Shown: piece after piece, positions 13,559-28,500 of the stretch
Layout of the letters: each line of letters begins with the position of its first letter
Numbering within the stretch: the stretch's first letter is position 1
Origin: Chrysomallon squamiferum
Taxonomy: Eukaryota > Animalia > Mollusca
DNA length: 64,000 nt
Direction of reading: 5' to 3'
Assembly: GCA_012295275.1 (NCBI GenBank)
Contig: CM022670.1
Span: 30,876,001-30,940,000, forward strand
Notes under the pieces: model-generated
What the model was told of the DNA's origin: nothing
What the model saw: the letters and a program-made list of their open reading frames with translations, nothing else
The model's database searches: none
Made by a program: the position numbers and the translations under genes

Positions 13559-16500
13559 ATAATAATAATATTAATAATAATAAAATACAAATATTAATGT
13601 TAATATAAAAATTTGGGTTGTAATTATCTAAAAACAAAGTTATTAACATAGTCCAACAAACATATTATATATTTTTATTTCAAGCTATCTATTTTTAATG
13701 AAGATAAATATGCTTTTTTATTCAAACAAATACATTTGTAAATTTCACTGCTGTTACATTTCTTAAAACTTCAATAGCTGTTAATGCTAGCATTATCCAA
13801 CTAATACTAATCAATATGTAAACAAATTTACATTGATAACTGAGTATTAATAAACCACATATAAAAAATTATTTAATGTAACTCTTCCTTCAGGATCTGA
13901 AATCACTTTTTGCTAAACAACGGTCAAACAAAAAACCCCAATAAAAACATAAATACAGCATTAATAGAAACAAAACATTAAAAACTATTATGATAATGTG
14001 TGTGTGTGTGCGCACGTGTGTCCAAGCAAAAACATACAAATGTTGGTGGTCACAGAAATGCAACAGTAAAAAAATATTTTTTAACTTCATTCGAATATTT
14101 TGTACCTGAAAACAATTACATTACAAAGGAAAAATATGATTTCAACTAAGATACTAAAAAGAAACAATATCCAAACAACATAAAATACTGGCTGTTACAG
14201 AAACAGAAAATTCAGAAAACTACCTTTAAATTCCATATTATTATTGATGATTATATATGAAACAAACAAATTAATTTTATAGAGTGTAACATACCCTCAG
14301 ATATTATATACTGTATTGTTTTAACACAGACATTCTGACTGGTGTGAGGATTACTGGGTTCTAAATAATTTACTTCAAAGCCTCTGTCCATTTAAAGATT
14401 AAGAATCATCTGGAGAATAAACTGAATTCAGTATGGTGATTCCTCTCCAAGATAACTAACTATACATTTATATTTACAAGAATTTCTTAAGAAGAAAATT
14501 ATTGTTTATATATAAAATGTTCCTATGAATTAAAAACAGATAGAAGAGTGATATGAAAATAAGTTTCCTTCATAAAAATAGTTTAATAATCTCACATCTT
14601 TTAGAATTAATAATATGATAGGTACTGTATAATTTCTATACTTATGTTAAAATACATTATATTCCATAACACAAATACACATGTAAATACAGAAACAAAG
14701 AATGCATATACAATTAGACATCAGAAAGGCAAAACTGAAAATAAAATTAAACATTTAAAACATACCCACAGCCTCACACATCAACACTCCACACACACAC
14801 GCACGCACACACACACACACACACACTCTCACTCACAAATACACACATTTATACCACGACACAAAAGAAATTTCATCAGTTTGGAAACTAAATGTTGTGA
14901 GCAACATCAACTTGTGTGTAAATGTGAGTGGCCAATAAACGTGTACTGTGCTACTAACATTGACAAAACTCTGCTTGCCATTGATTTTGCTTGCCTGTTT
15001 GTTTGATGTCATGTCATCAATGAAGGTGCCAACAAGGTAGGGAGAGGACAGAGTTCTTTAGTGCAAATGTTTATGCAACCATTAAATTTCTTAGAAAAAG
15101 TCGCGTAAATTTAAATATTTGCATGTACCCTCTCTGAAACAAATTTTGTAAAAAAAACTTTAACAAATATAACTTACTGAAATTGTAACAAATTAAAACT
15201 AACTAACAACAAACAAAAGATATATGCTACAATTGATTATTTAATTAAAAAGTAGACTATTGATAGCTAATCTTATCAATTCTGTTTAAATGACTGTTAA
15301 TCCACCAGAAGATTTTAATAAAAAAAAAATTATTTTATGCTTGAGGCAGATGTTCTTAATTATAACAAAACAGATTATTATTTGAATTCTCTTGAGATTC
15401 TTGAGTTGTCAACTAAAGAAAATAGACACCAAGAGCTAATTATTTATGGTAATTAACAATAAACAGCCAGAATAACTAAATTACAGATTAAGACTATAAT
15501 CATCAAAAGTTAGATATTATCTATACCATGATGATGTTCATGGATTCCATAGAAAAAATATTAATTATATCAAATTTGTTACAAAAAATTAGATAGATAA
15601 TGTAATGGACGACTGCTAATTTTCTAATATTTTCAAATTATACCCTTTCTGAAGAAAAAAAAAGTTACTATCAATTCAATTATTAACTTGCAACATTTCA
15701 TAAGAAAAATATAAATATGATAATACAAATGTGACAGGTACGTGTATTTCAGTACATATGTTTATGTCTCTCTGTGTTCTTTATTTTGTAAAAGGGCCTG
15801 GAATCAGTTCTGAAAGGTATCTTTTCTTAATGGTAGTTATGTTTCACCATCTTATTTGAACCTTTGTCTATTTATATGCATAACAAGTATTTCTGGTACC
15901 AGATCTATCCCTTTTCATTAGGTCAAACAAATTCACTACATTAAGCACTCATCTCAAGGCAGTGTTAATTTTATTAATTTACTTTTTTTTTCAAATTATG
16001 AGGGCAACCCAGTTGAGAATAGAATGAACTTGGTAATCTGAAACAGAATACAGATAATGGACTGAGTGCACTCATTAAATGGGGAAACAAAAGATAATCC
16101 ATTAGTCTTTACCAGGAAGCAGAGATCATAAGCAGTCAGTGTCACTACAGTATTGATACGCTGCGAAAATATCTGACATTGAAAACATACTTCACTTCTC
16201 AAGCACAATATTTTGTTTAATAATGAATTCAAAACCTGCATTAGTCTATGACAAGAGCATCAAAAGACTTGGAACAGTTTTAATTAATGCACTCTAAGAT
16301 TAATGATTTAGTAGGTTAGCATGGAAAAACAGTATTTTTTTTTTGTCCTGAAGTACAACAAAATGTGAAACTAAAACATCTATAAAATATTAATAATAAC
16401 AGTAATAATAATAAATAAATAATCATGTACAACACAATCTGAAACTAAAGCATCTATTAAAAAAATCCATAAACAATTGTCTAATCAAAAGAGTTCAGTC

Positions 16501-19500
16501 AATTTACAATATCCAATATTTATTTTTTAGTATTTTAATTTCTGACAGCATTAATGATTAATATTTTATTGTCATTCATCATCATTCAGCGAAATTATTA
16601 ACAGTGAAACAAAACACACACACACACAGAAGAATCTGCAAAGAAAAATCATTCATGCCTTTGGAAGTACAGTCTCAGAAGAAACTGAAGCCTTCAATTT
16701 CTGTGACAGGTTCACTTGCAGTATTGATTTTCCATAGCCATTGCCACGCATCCCAACTGAGATGATCTGTTGCAGGAATGATACTAAATGAACTCTAGCT
16801 GTATTGGTCTCGGTCTTTATTATTTCTTTTTCCCCAGACCCTGCTGTTAGTACAATCAAACTCAAACTGAGAAACCTACTAAGGAATATCAAAATGTGGT
16901 CTCTGAATTCAGATGGCTGCTTGATAGAAGTTAATTTCAACTGTAATTGTTTAAATTAACACCAAGAGGGTAAGACAATTTTAGAATTCATTGTGATGTT
17001 ACTGATAGTGTAAAAGTGAAATCTTTACCCCCCAAAAAAAGGTAATGAAGAAGACTAAATGAATGATCTGTTTAGATCTATGCTTGAGTAAAGAGGCCTA
17101 TTTCAGAACTTTTATCTGATGCTTAATGAAGGTATATGAAAATAGCAAAAAGAAGATGGAATAAAGAAATGTTTTTTGGGTGGATTTTTTTTTTATGATG
17201 CACTGCACACACTTTCAATCTATGTTATATATGGTATCATATAAATCAGGGGTCAGCAACCCTTGGGATTTTAGTCTGGCCAGCCAATTGAATACTTGGA
17301 CAACAATTATTACATTAGCATCCTTATTTTTTCTTTAAACCTCTAGACCAAAGAAGCCTTGCTTCTATCATCTTTTTTCAAGCTCAATATAGAACACAGA
17401 AGTGAGTGAGAGAGAGAGAGTTATTGGTGTGTTTGTGTGTGTTACATTTGATATTTTGGCCCTCATCCAAACAATGCATAGCTGTCTGGCCCCCTGATAT
17501 AAATGGTTAAGGATGAAATGAATAAGGATGAAATGAATAAAGCTGAGAGAAAACACACCCATGAAGGTGTACCTTTTGTTTTTCAAATTAGATAGACAGT
17601 GTGTTGTTACATCTAAGAAAAATAAACCCTTCTTGATTTAAAACCAGAAATCAAATATAGGTATTTTTTTACAATGGTAACAGATTAAAAAAAAAAAATT
17701 ATTGCCGAAAATTAGGAATTTATCATTCTTTTTATCTTAAGATCAATAAATGCTGTATAAATGTAGCAAATTTCTTTGCATTCACTTTATATTTTACATT
17801 ATTGACAAACTTGACCTAGTACCTTTAGAGCAATTGTTATACATGTTACAAAAATCAAGAGGACTTACTGAAGAAAAATAAAATACAAATGATACGTTAC
17901 TAAAGTCAAGAGGAAATACCATTATTTTGCATGATGCATGGCCACATGTGCTATTAATAGAGAACAATAACATTTAATTAGCAAGTTAGATTTTCTAATA
18001 GGTACAAAGAGAAACATAAAAGGGTATCATTTGAAAGTGAATACATTGATTCAGTAATTTATATGAGAATGACACTGGATATATATTTCCCTTTTTGATC
18101 TTTTTATCTCTCTATTTTTTTAGGAAGACTTCATATACCATAATTTAAACAACAGTCACAACGTTCAGTTTACTATGTTTGATACTGCTGGAAAGAAATA
18201 TATAATTACCTAATGCATTATTTATGAACGGTTATCTAATACATTATTTAAATTATTTACAAATACACAAACACATGCACAACTATATATACTAAATAAA
18301 CTATGCACACAAATAAATACACATTTTCATAAACATGATCACATACATAAAGACATCTAGACATTATCTATTTCTGAAGTAAATGTTTAAATTAATTCTA
18401 ATACAACATTACTGATTAAAGATCATTCATTCTGACCTGCCAATGGCCTCTCTCAAGACAATACTAAATGTCACCCATTAAAAACTTTCAAGATAAATAC
18501 TGTATAATTTATAACTTCTTTTAAGTACTACTTTTGCAAATTCAGTCTCAGATAGGCTACTCAGATAGGCTATTCTTTAACCATTCCAAAAGTAATTACT
18601 GATACTGCTTCACTAATACTTTGTATACTTTTATAATGAACCTTTGAACTATAAAGTAAAAATCAAATGGTCACAGACTAAAAACGCAGTTTGGTATATT
18701 TCCTTAATCCTTTTTAATGCTGACAAATTAAAAATAAGGTTTAAGTTTGGTCCACTTCAAATCATACACTGATACATGTTCAAAAAACATACATAGTCAT
18801 ATATACATACATTATTTTATACATAAATACATACATGTATACAATACATACATACAAACATATTACACATACCATAAATACTTAAATGAATAACAAAGTA
18901 CCACTTTTTTGCACTAAAATGATCATTGTATGTGTGTATCTGTGTGTATGCCTGTGTGTATGTGTGTGTCTTTAGTTCAGTATATGGAATGTTTACAAGT
19001 AATAAAGATTTTATCTTTTATCTTATCTTATGTTTGTGTACATAAAGAATTATTAGTTTACCTTAAGGTCATATGAGCAAGACAGACTGCCAAAGGCTAC
19101 CCAGCCTTTAGCAACTGCAACAGCAAAAGTAACAACAAGTTGATAATTTATTCAGCATTCATTGCCACTACATAACATGAAATCATTGATTTTTTCTTTT
19201 GAGTGTTGAAAGACAGTGGTCTAATATCTGGAACATATGTTCACATTTGTCAATACAAATTCTAACAAGAAATGCTAATTTCAACACGATTACAACTTGT
19301 ATTGATCAAGAACTATGTTTTATTTTTAATATTTTTTATAAACCTAATAATGCTAATTCTACAGTGAGGTTTAAACAGCTACTGAAAACATAAATGTCTG
19401 GTTTTCTTTCAAGATGGTCAATATGTGTCTTTCATGTGTTAAACTTAAACATCTATTGTGTGTTGTTCTACAATTTATCCTGGGATGTGTTACATAAAAG

Positions 19501-22500
19501 AAGAAATTTACCTCATTATATACAACAATTTTATTATTATTATTATTATTGTTGTTATTATTATTATTATTATTATTATTTTTGTTTTCTTTGTTCATAT
19601 TTTAATCATACAAATGGTGTGGTTGCTTCACAAGCATAACATTGGAATATTTAGCTATTTTCAGGTCATGAAGCAACCTCACCATCTTACTGCTTATTAG
19701 AAACTGCTCATATTAAACTGTTCAGATTTATGTAGCTGGAGTTAAGTAAAGTCAGTTATAAATCATACAATGCTCTATCCAGTTAAATATTTTATTTTAT
19801 TTCTTATTATTTTATTTTATTTTTTAATTATTTATTTATTATTATTATTTTTTAATATAATTAACTTTTTTTTAGTTGGGTATTTTTCAGTCTTGTATGA
19901 GTACTTTTTCCCACTATTTCTTTGACTCACAGACCCAGTACCTCTTTATGTTGTTTTACTGCCCAATGATTTAAAGAATGAAACCTTTATGTCTTCACTT
20001 TATTTTGGTACAAGCTATTCATTTATATAAAAAATGCTACATACTTGTTTAAAGTATTAAGCACCTCTTCTGACACTTTGGTGAAGTGCTAGCTTAATGG
20101 AATCAATAATTATGTTCAGTATTTGTGGGACATTTTTAAATACTGATGATTTTAAGGCCTCTGTGTTTTTACATTTAATTCTAAAATATGCAGCTTTTCT
20201 CATGAACATTCACTTGGAATTTTAATCTTAAACTCATTATTAACACGTTGTAAGAAAAAACAAGTTAAAATTATAAAAATATCCTGGCATTATGATCAGA
20301 ATCTGTTTTCTGTTACAGCAAATAAATGTCATGGTTTATACTTAATCTATTTTTATTAACAAAGAATTATTTATTTTTTATTGTTTAATTTTAAATTTTA
20401 ATTTAAATGGAAAAATGAGAGAGAAGAAATATCAGAGAAATAAAAATACAGCAATAAAGAGACATGGCTTCTGGTTTTATGCATGAAAGTATGTACATGT
20501 CTGTGAATGCTGTTACAAGTATTCTTTCATGCAAATGGTTTACCTTCTGACCAATCAAAATGAACATTACACAGAATTTTCTAAAGTTTTCTTTGTTCGT
20601 TTTCTATTTCACTTATACTGTATAGGACAACATCTACAGTTAGAAAAGAACCCATTATTTTTCTTTATCTTTTCTGTCTCTTTACTTTTTTCTATTTTTG
20701 TTCTCCTTGTTGCAGTTATAGGTATGGATGGACGTAAGTCACAAAGGTCATCTGCACAATATAGATGTACTGAATACTCCTGGAAGGTTAAACAAATTTT
20801 AATTTTAGAAATTCATTTCTGATATAAGGAAAAATATTTTCAATCCATTTCTGTTACTATCAATTAACAATATTATTTTTGTTATATATATTTTTATTTC
20901 TGAACATTTAAAAAGGTGAAAGACACATTGATGGCTGTTGTTTTCATTAGTAACTGATGGGTGTATTTTACACTGATTTAATACAGATTGCCACAGATAA
21001 AGGAAATGGGTTTAGGCTATGTCTCAAGTTAATGGATGTTTCATGACCCAAACTGGACACAGTGATGTTTCATAATATATGGAACAACCAAGACCACCTG
21101 CAATCAAGCTCAGATCTGTGATATCTGATAGAAGCATTGTTTGTAGGAAAACACCTTAGAACTGATGCTGTTGATTAATTATTCCAGTTTGATCAAAGAG
21201 ATATCTTTGTAGCTGTCCATGCATGCTCTATTATGATGATGTCTCAACACAGCATTAACAAATCTGAGATTTTGTTATTTAAAAAAAGTAATAAGAATAA
21301 AAAGTTGTTATAATGTACTGTTAAGAAAGAAAATGAAAAAAGTAAAGGAAAGAAAAAGAATGAATTGCAAATTCAACTCACTTCAAATATATCATGCTTT
21401 CATTGATAAGTACTGTAAGTGTAAAAAAAAGAAAACAAAAACAAAAAAGAAAAGGAAAATTGAATCCATGGTCTAAGTTTAAAAGTGAACTACCATACTA
21501 CAACTATCACATTTATCCTTAATCTTCTGATCAGATAACATACACCACTTAGGATAGATGTTCTTTAAATTCAGAACAACCCAGTAAGTCAGATTAGTGT
21601 GACAAAATTTAACATCATATTTCAAATGCTACCAACTAATCACAAACAGAAATTTGACAAATGCAAATAAACTGTACACTCTCTATATAACTGTCAGATG
21701 GTTCAATCCACACCTCATACAAAACTTAGTACTGCTTTATGCTATTTAGTTTATGTAGTCAGGCAACCTTTCTTTAAACATAATTCAGAGTAACAAATCC
21801 TAATGTACTCAAAACAGTTGATTAAAATTCAATAACAATATTAAATGACAATAATTACATTTTTAACTAGTCTTACATTATTAATTATGGAGCAAATTGT
21901 TTTAATCATGACCTGGTAAAAACATAATAATTTAAATATACTTTAAATTAGCAGTTAGTAAAGGATTTCTAAATAAGAAAAATTGTGCCAAAAAAAGTAT
22001 TTTTTTTATTACCAACAATGTTTATTTATATTAAGTGAAACATTCTGCTGAAATAACACAATGCTCAGGGGTCATTCCGTGTCAAATCACCCCAAAAAAA
22101 AGAAGAAATTTAAACCCGACCGTCTCAGATTTTTATGAAACTTGGTATACTTGTTGACTGGGATCCCACAGCACCAAATCTGAAATATTAGCCCAATCAG
22201 ACCAGTGGTGTGGGAGATACGGCCCACGGAATTTTGAGATTTTTGCCAAAAATGGGTGTGACCACCAACCTTAGAACCCTCATATCTCAGGAACTACTGG
22301 GCCAATCTTCATAAAATTGGTATTGTTAGAAAGGCAAAATGACAAGGATACCAAATCTGCCATTTTTGTTTAGTTTGGAAAATATTGGAGTACCTTGACC
22401 GTTTAACCTTTGCTATGACCTTGAAATTGACCATGTGGATCACGTGATCTTGAGATGACCTTTATTGAAATTTAATCTCCCACATGTTAACTAAAACATA

Positions 22501-25500
22501 TAAAAGTTTCCTGGGTGTAATATTTTTTGTTTAGCCACAATATAGATTTAAAAACTAAAAACTCATCTTTGGAGTTAAAACCCACCTGACGTGTCTGAAG
22601 GAATGCCTGAAGGATATGAAAAGATGCCAGATGGCATGACATGTTCTACACAATCAGGCTCAAAGGGTTAACAGGAAGTGATGCTTCAGGCAGGTCAGGA
22701 ACTCCTTTAGATTCCCTGGTGCAATCCCCATTGAGCACATGGCAATTAGAAGTTTAAGACAAAGAACTTTCTTCATCTGCATTTCTTTGACAATCTGAAG
22801 CTTTTTAAGTTGGACACAATGTCAGATGTTGATATATAAACAATATTGTTATGACCTTGAAATTGACCGTGTGGATCACGTGATCTTGAGATGTCCTTTA
22901 TTGAAATTTAATCTCCCACATGTTAACTAAAACATATAAAAGTTTCCTGGGTGTAATATTTTTTGTTTAGCCACAATATAGATTTAAAAAATGCACATAC
23001 ATGAAAATAACACCTTTTCAGCCATTAACATCTGATTAACTAAAACCTGAATGATCAATTCTGGATGCTAAGAATCACCATCTCTCTTGATCATCGAGTA
23101 AGACATTGTAGGCCTACATGTATGCATAAAGTTCACATATAAAAGTTTCCTGGGTATAATATTTTTTGTTCAGCCATAATAGAGATTTAAAAAAATGCAT
23201 ACCTGCATGGATGATTGATACAATTCATTACAATGTACATTTTCTCTGAGACTAAAAACTCATCTTTGGAGTTAAAACCCACCTGACGTGTCTGAAGGAA
23301 TGCCTGAAGGATATGAAAAGATGCCAGATGGCATGACATGTTCTACACAATCAGGCTCAAAGGGTTAACAGGAAGTGATGCTTCAGGCAGGTCAGGAACT
23401 CCTTTAGATTCCCTGGTGCAATCCCCATTGAGCACATGGCAATTAGAAGTTTAAGACAAAGAACTTTCTTCATCTGCATTTCTTTGACAATCTGAAGCTT
23501 TTTAAGTTGGACACAATGTCAGATGTTGATATATAAACTTGTTTTTGTCACATATCTCCTTCTTTGACCACAATGCTTGATCAGCTCAAACTGACTGTGT
23601 GATAATAGAGCTGTTTTGATAAGACATCACTTAATAGGTAATTGTCAAGATTAAATGACCAATGGTACAAAAGAACAATCCACTGAAGAGTAATTTCTTG
23701 CTTGTTCTTCTGACCTGTACATTTGTCCATTAAAAATGTATTTGTTGTACTATTTATTATTTATATAAAGGATGTATCATATCCTCCTTTTTTCTTCTTT
23801 TTTTTGATGAATATGTGATTAAGTTTATCACAATTATTTTTGATACTACTTTACTTTATTTTATTTTATTTGTTTTATGATTTTATTTTTTTCCAATCAG
23901 TTTCAACTTTAAATACTGATTTAGAATTTCTAATGAATAAATAATATTATTCCTAACACTGTTTTAAAATCATGTTTTTCTTCTATTTTTACTCCAAGAC
24001 AACCTTATTGTAGATATGAATAAACTAAATAAACAAGATCACTGCATGTAACTACATAATTTATTGCAATCTACTATGGTTGTTGTGTCTTTTATTCACG
24101 AAACAATGATGTATGTTTAACACCTTAAACAAAGCTACATGAAGTACTTTGCATATAATACAACCAAAACAAAACAAAAATAAAACAATAATAATAAAAC
24201 AAATTTGCTTATCATATCATAGTTATTAAACTCATCTAAAATCCTGCACTTAGTATCTTCAGGCTGAAATAAATCGGTTTTATTTTTTTGTTCTAAAAGT
24301 ATATAATATTTTTATATTTCAAGAGAACAAAGTCTTGATAGTGTTCTCATTTCTTTAATAAATCAGAGAATTTTTTTTTTTTTTTTCTTCTAGAAATCAA
24401 TATATACCATGGATCATTAAAATCTAAACAGGACATGCCAGCTAAATGCAGAACACACCAACAAAATCATTATTCTGCTTCAAAGTACAAGTATTTTTAA
24501 CAAGTTCTACTGACTGAAAGAGAGAAGGATAAAAAGGACTATTTCCTAATCTGAAGCTGTGAATGAATTTGCAATAAGTAAGAATTAATTGGTTTATTGA
24601 TAGCCCAAATTTCAGGACAAGAAATAAAATCAATGATCTTTTCTTAAAAAAAACAAATTCATACACTGAAGTGAAAAGGACTATAAATGTGTAAATATAA
24701 AATAAAATCTTTGATTATATTAGTGGTACAATTCATTTTATTTTTGCAGAATACTGTCATAAAATAAAATAAATAAGATACAAGAAGAGTTTAGCTTGTT
24801 GGATGGGTACTTGATGTCCTTCTTATAGATTACAGAAATGTTCCACCTTTAGCTTTTTTCCTATTCCAGCCAACTGAGATATTTCAAAAGTCACTGCATT
24901 TCTGTATAAGGAATGTCTGTAATATTACCAGACATCTACTGTTTTAATTAAATATTTTTCACATATATTTTACAAGAACAAAGTAATAAGAATTTCATAC
25001 TTAATTGCTGAAAGTTAGTTTAGAAAAGGTATTCTATAACAGAAGTTAAAACCAGAATGCTAATATATACTTACATCCTTATGTTATCAGTTTATTTTTA
25101 AGACATGCATTATTTTCACTCATTTCCTTTATTATAAATTATACAATACATGTCTGTCATTATTTTTCTTTTCTTTTTTTAAAATATAAAACAAAATATA
25201 AACAATAAAAAGAAAATGTATATATATATTATATTAAAATGGTATGTTCCCCAAAACACCAATTAGTAAGGCTGAGCAATAAACTGTCCAGTTAAGATGT
25301 GTTATAATCTCATTGCCAGTTTTGGGAATGCCAGAATCAGGAAATTTCAAAAAAACCCAACAAAAAAACAAATACAAATTATAAGACCAAATCCTAGGTA
25401 TTTCTTGTAAGAACTACATCTACTAGTAAAATGTTTGTCACATCAAACTCAAGAGCTCTAAGCATCTTAAAGGTTTTGATTCACTAACCACAGTAAATTA

Positions 25501-28500
25501 TTAACACAAGTAGTAATAAAACGTAGTGCTACAGAAGCTAATACATGTTCTTGTTTGGCTTTCAAAATATGCTAATTACATTTGTGGTTGCCTGCAAACT
25601 CCTTGTATATCCCAAAGGATACTCTCCAACAGTGCCAACATTTACAAGTTTGTGTCTGAAAAGGTCATCAAGATGTGAAAGAATTGAATTCTGTGTCCTT
25701 CTTGAAGTGGCATTACTGTGTATTACCTTGAATGTACTGGTCTAAACTCATCCATGGAATGCAGCAGACCAAGCTCTTAACAACATGAATGTTTGATGAA
25801 ACAAGCAAATACTGTAGACATTTTATAAATGTTATTTGGACCAATCAGAACAAAGATAGTGGAATATTACAAAACATGTAGATGATTCAGAATAAATGAT
25901 TATAAACTTAACTTGGAAACTATTTGACAGAAGTTTCTAGAATATAAACATTTCCAGTAATTTCCAGTTCTTGGTAATTATGTTTTCTTTCTTTTTTCTT
26001 TTTTTTATATTTGTTGTTTGTTGTTCCATTTTTCTAGCCTTTTTCTGATAAAATAATAATTCTAAAGCATTACATTAAAATTACATGGATTAAGCATGTA
26101 CATTTATACAATTAAATGTCTTCTTAATAGTCCTCAAATAAATAGAATTTAGGATATATGTACGTTAACTTTTTATTTAAATAAACCTACAAAATGCTAC
26201 TTTAAAAGATTAAAATGAAAAAAAAAAAAATCAAATTTAAATTTACATAATTTAACCATAATTTCATATTATCTCTACTTATTTCTACAGCTAATTGATC
26301 TGTGTGCCATGAAGGAAAGCTTCATTAATTAGACACACAGTTCAGATTCTCTGTTTATTTCTAAAATCTAGCAAAAACAAGCTTTGGGAATCTCATTATC
26401 TGGAAAATAAACCCCTTTACAGTTTCAACAGCTCTTTCCTCCAAAGAAAAAAAAATCAGGCTGCCAAATGATGTGAAATCAAAACACCTATAACTCACTG
26501 CTTGATTAAATATCATGTCCCACATTTAATCGATGATACAGCCTGACCCTTGGTTATATCTTTGTTGACCGGTCCATATTGATTAATGTTGGTCATTTCT
26601 AACTGGACTAAAGCTAATTTAGCAGGTGTTCAATCTCAAGTAACTCGACACATGGAATCTCTTAAGAGAAGTGGCTAAAGAAGAATACTCTAAAATTATA
26701 TGCCTGTACTTTGTTGCTGTTTAGCCAGTAATTGTGTGAAGTATGATAACAGTTATCAGTAGATTCCAGAACAGTTCATTTTAACTCTCATTACAGATAT
26801 ATCTGTTTTTGCAAGAAACCCAGACAGTATAAATCTTTCAAATAGAAAATGTCTAAAAGGAATAATTATTTGTTCTAAAGATAGGATAACCAATAAAGGA
26901 AACAGTTATGAGTCTACAAAAAATATGCTGCAGTATTAATGTTATAAAGTACAGAACATGTATAGTTGTTTGTTTCAGTTAGAACAGAAAATAAATGATT
27001 CTATGAAAAGCCAGTCTTACTTACTGGAGATAAGTCCTACTTAATACATTAAGTTACCATCACTTTCCATTCCATAAATTCCTATCAAAGAACTATAACT
27101 TAGATGCTAAAAGTATTTCTTTCCACATAGACTGTACTTTGAATACCTAACAGAATGCAATTAAAATAAATAAATAAATAAATATAAACAAATAAATAAT
27201 AATAATAATAAAATAAAAAATCAGATGAAATTTAATTAAATGCAAAATTCCTTTTCATAACAGCAAAAAGAATATTTTGTTCTTATATTTTAGACAAGAA
27301 TATTTAAAAAAAAACAGAAAATAAAGAGTGAGGATGAAGCCAGAGAATCCTATTCTGATGAATGTCAAACAAACTATATTAATACATGCATTTTATTCAT
27401 CAAAAGAATGACATGGGCAACAACAATACAAATTTAACACATGGTGAAAATTAAGATTCTTCAATTTGATGCTGCAAATGGTGGCAATTATTTATAAAAA
27501 ACATACCATATTCTAGAAAAAATGTTTTTTAATTTCTTTTTTTTTTCTTTTTTTTTTCTTTTAGACAGAAAGAGAAAAGAAACAGTAAACTCTAATGAAG
27601 ACTGGAGATGACAATGGAGTCTATAAGAACCAGCTTTCTGAGTGACATATTCCAGCTGATTAGTTTAATAACTGAAATCAGCACTGCCATTTTCATTATG
27701 AAGAAGCAAAAAGCAAATGAGCATAACTCAGGGGAATCATGACACGATCAATGTGATATTTTGGATGCAGCACTAATAATGGAAAGGAAATGACTTTGTG
27801 ATGAGAATGGGTTTCAGAACAAGCTCTCATCAGAGAGTAATTTATCCAACTATTCATTAAGCATTGAAAACACAGTCTCATTTTACTTTTTCACCTATGG
27901 TTGAGAGTGATAATCTCACAATTCTTAAAAATAAGCTTAATAAATTAAAAAATGTTTAAAAGCTGTATCTTTAGGGCTTGGTCTAAATTTCATTTCACTG
28001 ATTACAATACGAGATAAATTTCACTGCTCAGTATACTCTACTGTCCAAAAAACTATTAATATATTTTACATTAAAATAAATTAAAGTAAACAATATTCTG
28101 AATAAATTATCAAAATATACAGTTTTTACACTCATGTCTTATTTTCTTTTAATTATAGTTGTGTCCAATTCAAAATATAGGACTATTTAAATAATGAAAT
28201 GTTCATGTAATATTATTTCTTTACTTATTTTGTGATTATTATATTTATAAAAAGTAAAATTATCTTTTGTGAGAGTTTTTATAATGACCCAGACAACAAA
28301 AAATATTAATGACATTACACAAAAGACACTTTAAATACAAAAATCAACTGAAAGTTTACACCTTTAATACTGACGTAAAAGAGACACTTAACTGTGGTGT
28401 TAAAAACAAAATTGATGTTACAGATAAATAAATAATATTCATATTTCTTAATTCTATCTACAAGTATAATGCTTTTTATTCTATTTATTTTGTATTACTT

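Noticed and set aside
19088-19113. Histone-type 3' stem-loop (AAAGGCT...AGCC)
   Set aside because: The loop and stem do not fit the GGYYCT-TTTH-AGRRCC consensus, and there is no histone ORF nearby.
19371-19700. Poly-N/Y/I ORFs and similar ORFs at 14644, 30445, 39102-39421, 49197, 49503, 51696, 62727
   Set aside because: Translations of microsatellites. Only the exon part of 39102-39416 is real.
21382-21412. 31-nt minus-strand pseudo-exon with GTGAGT donor that with the 53-nt one sums to 84 nt
   Set aside because: Joining the two creates an in-frame TAA, and there is no other support.
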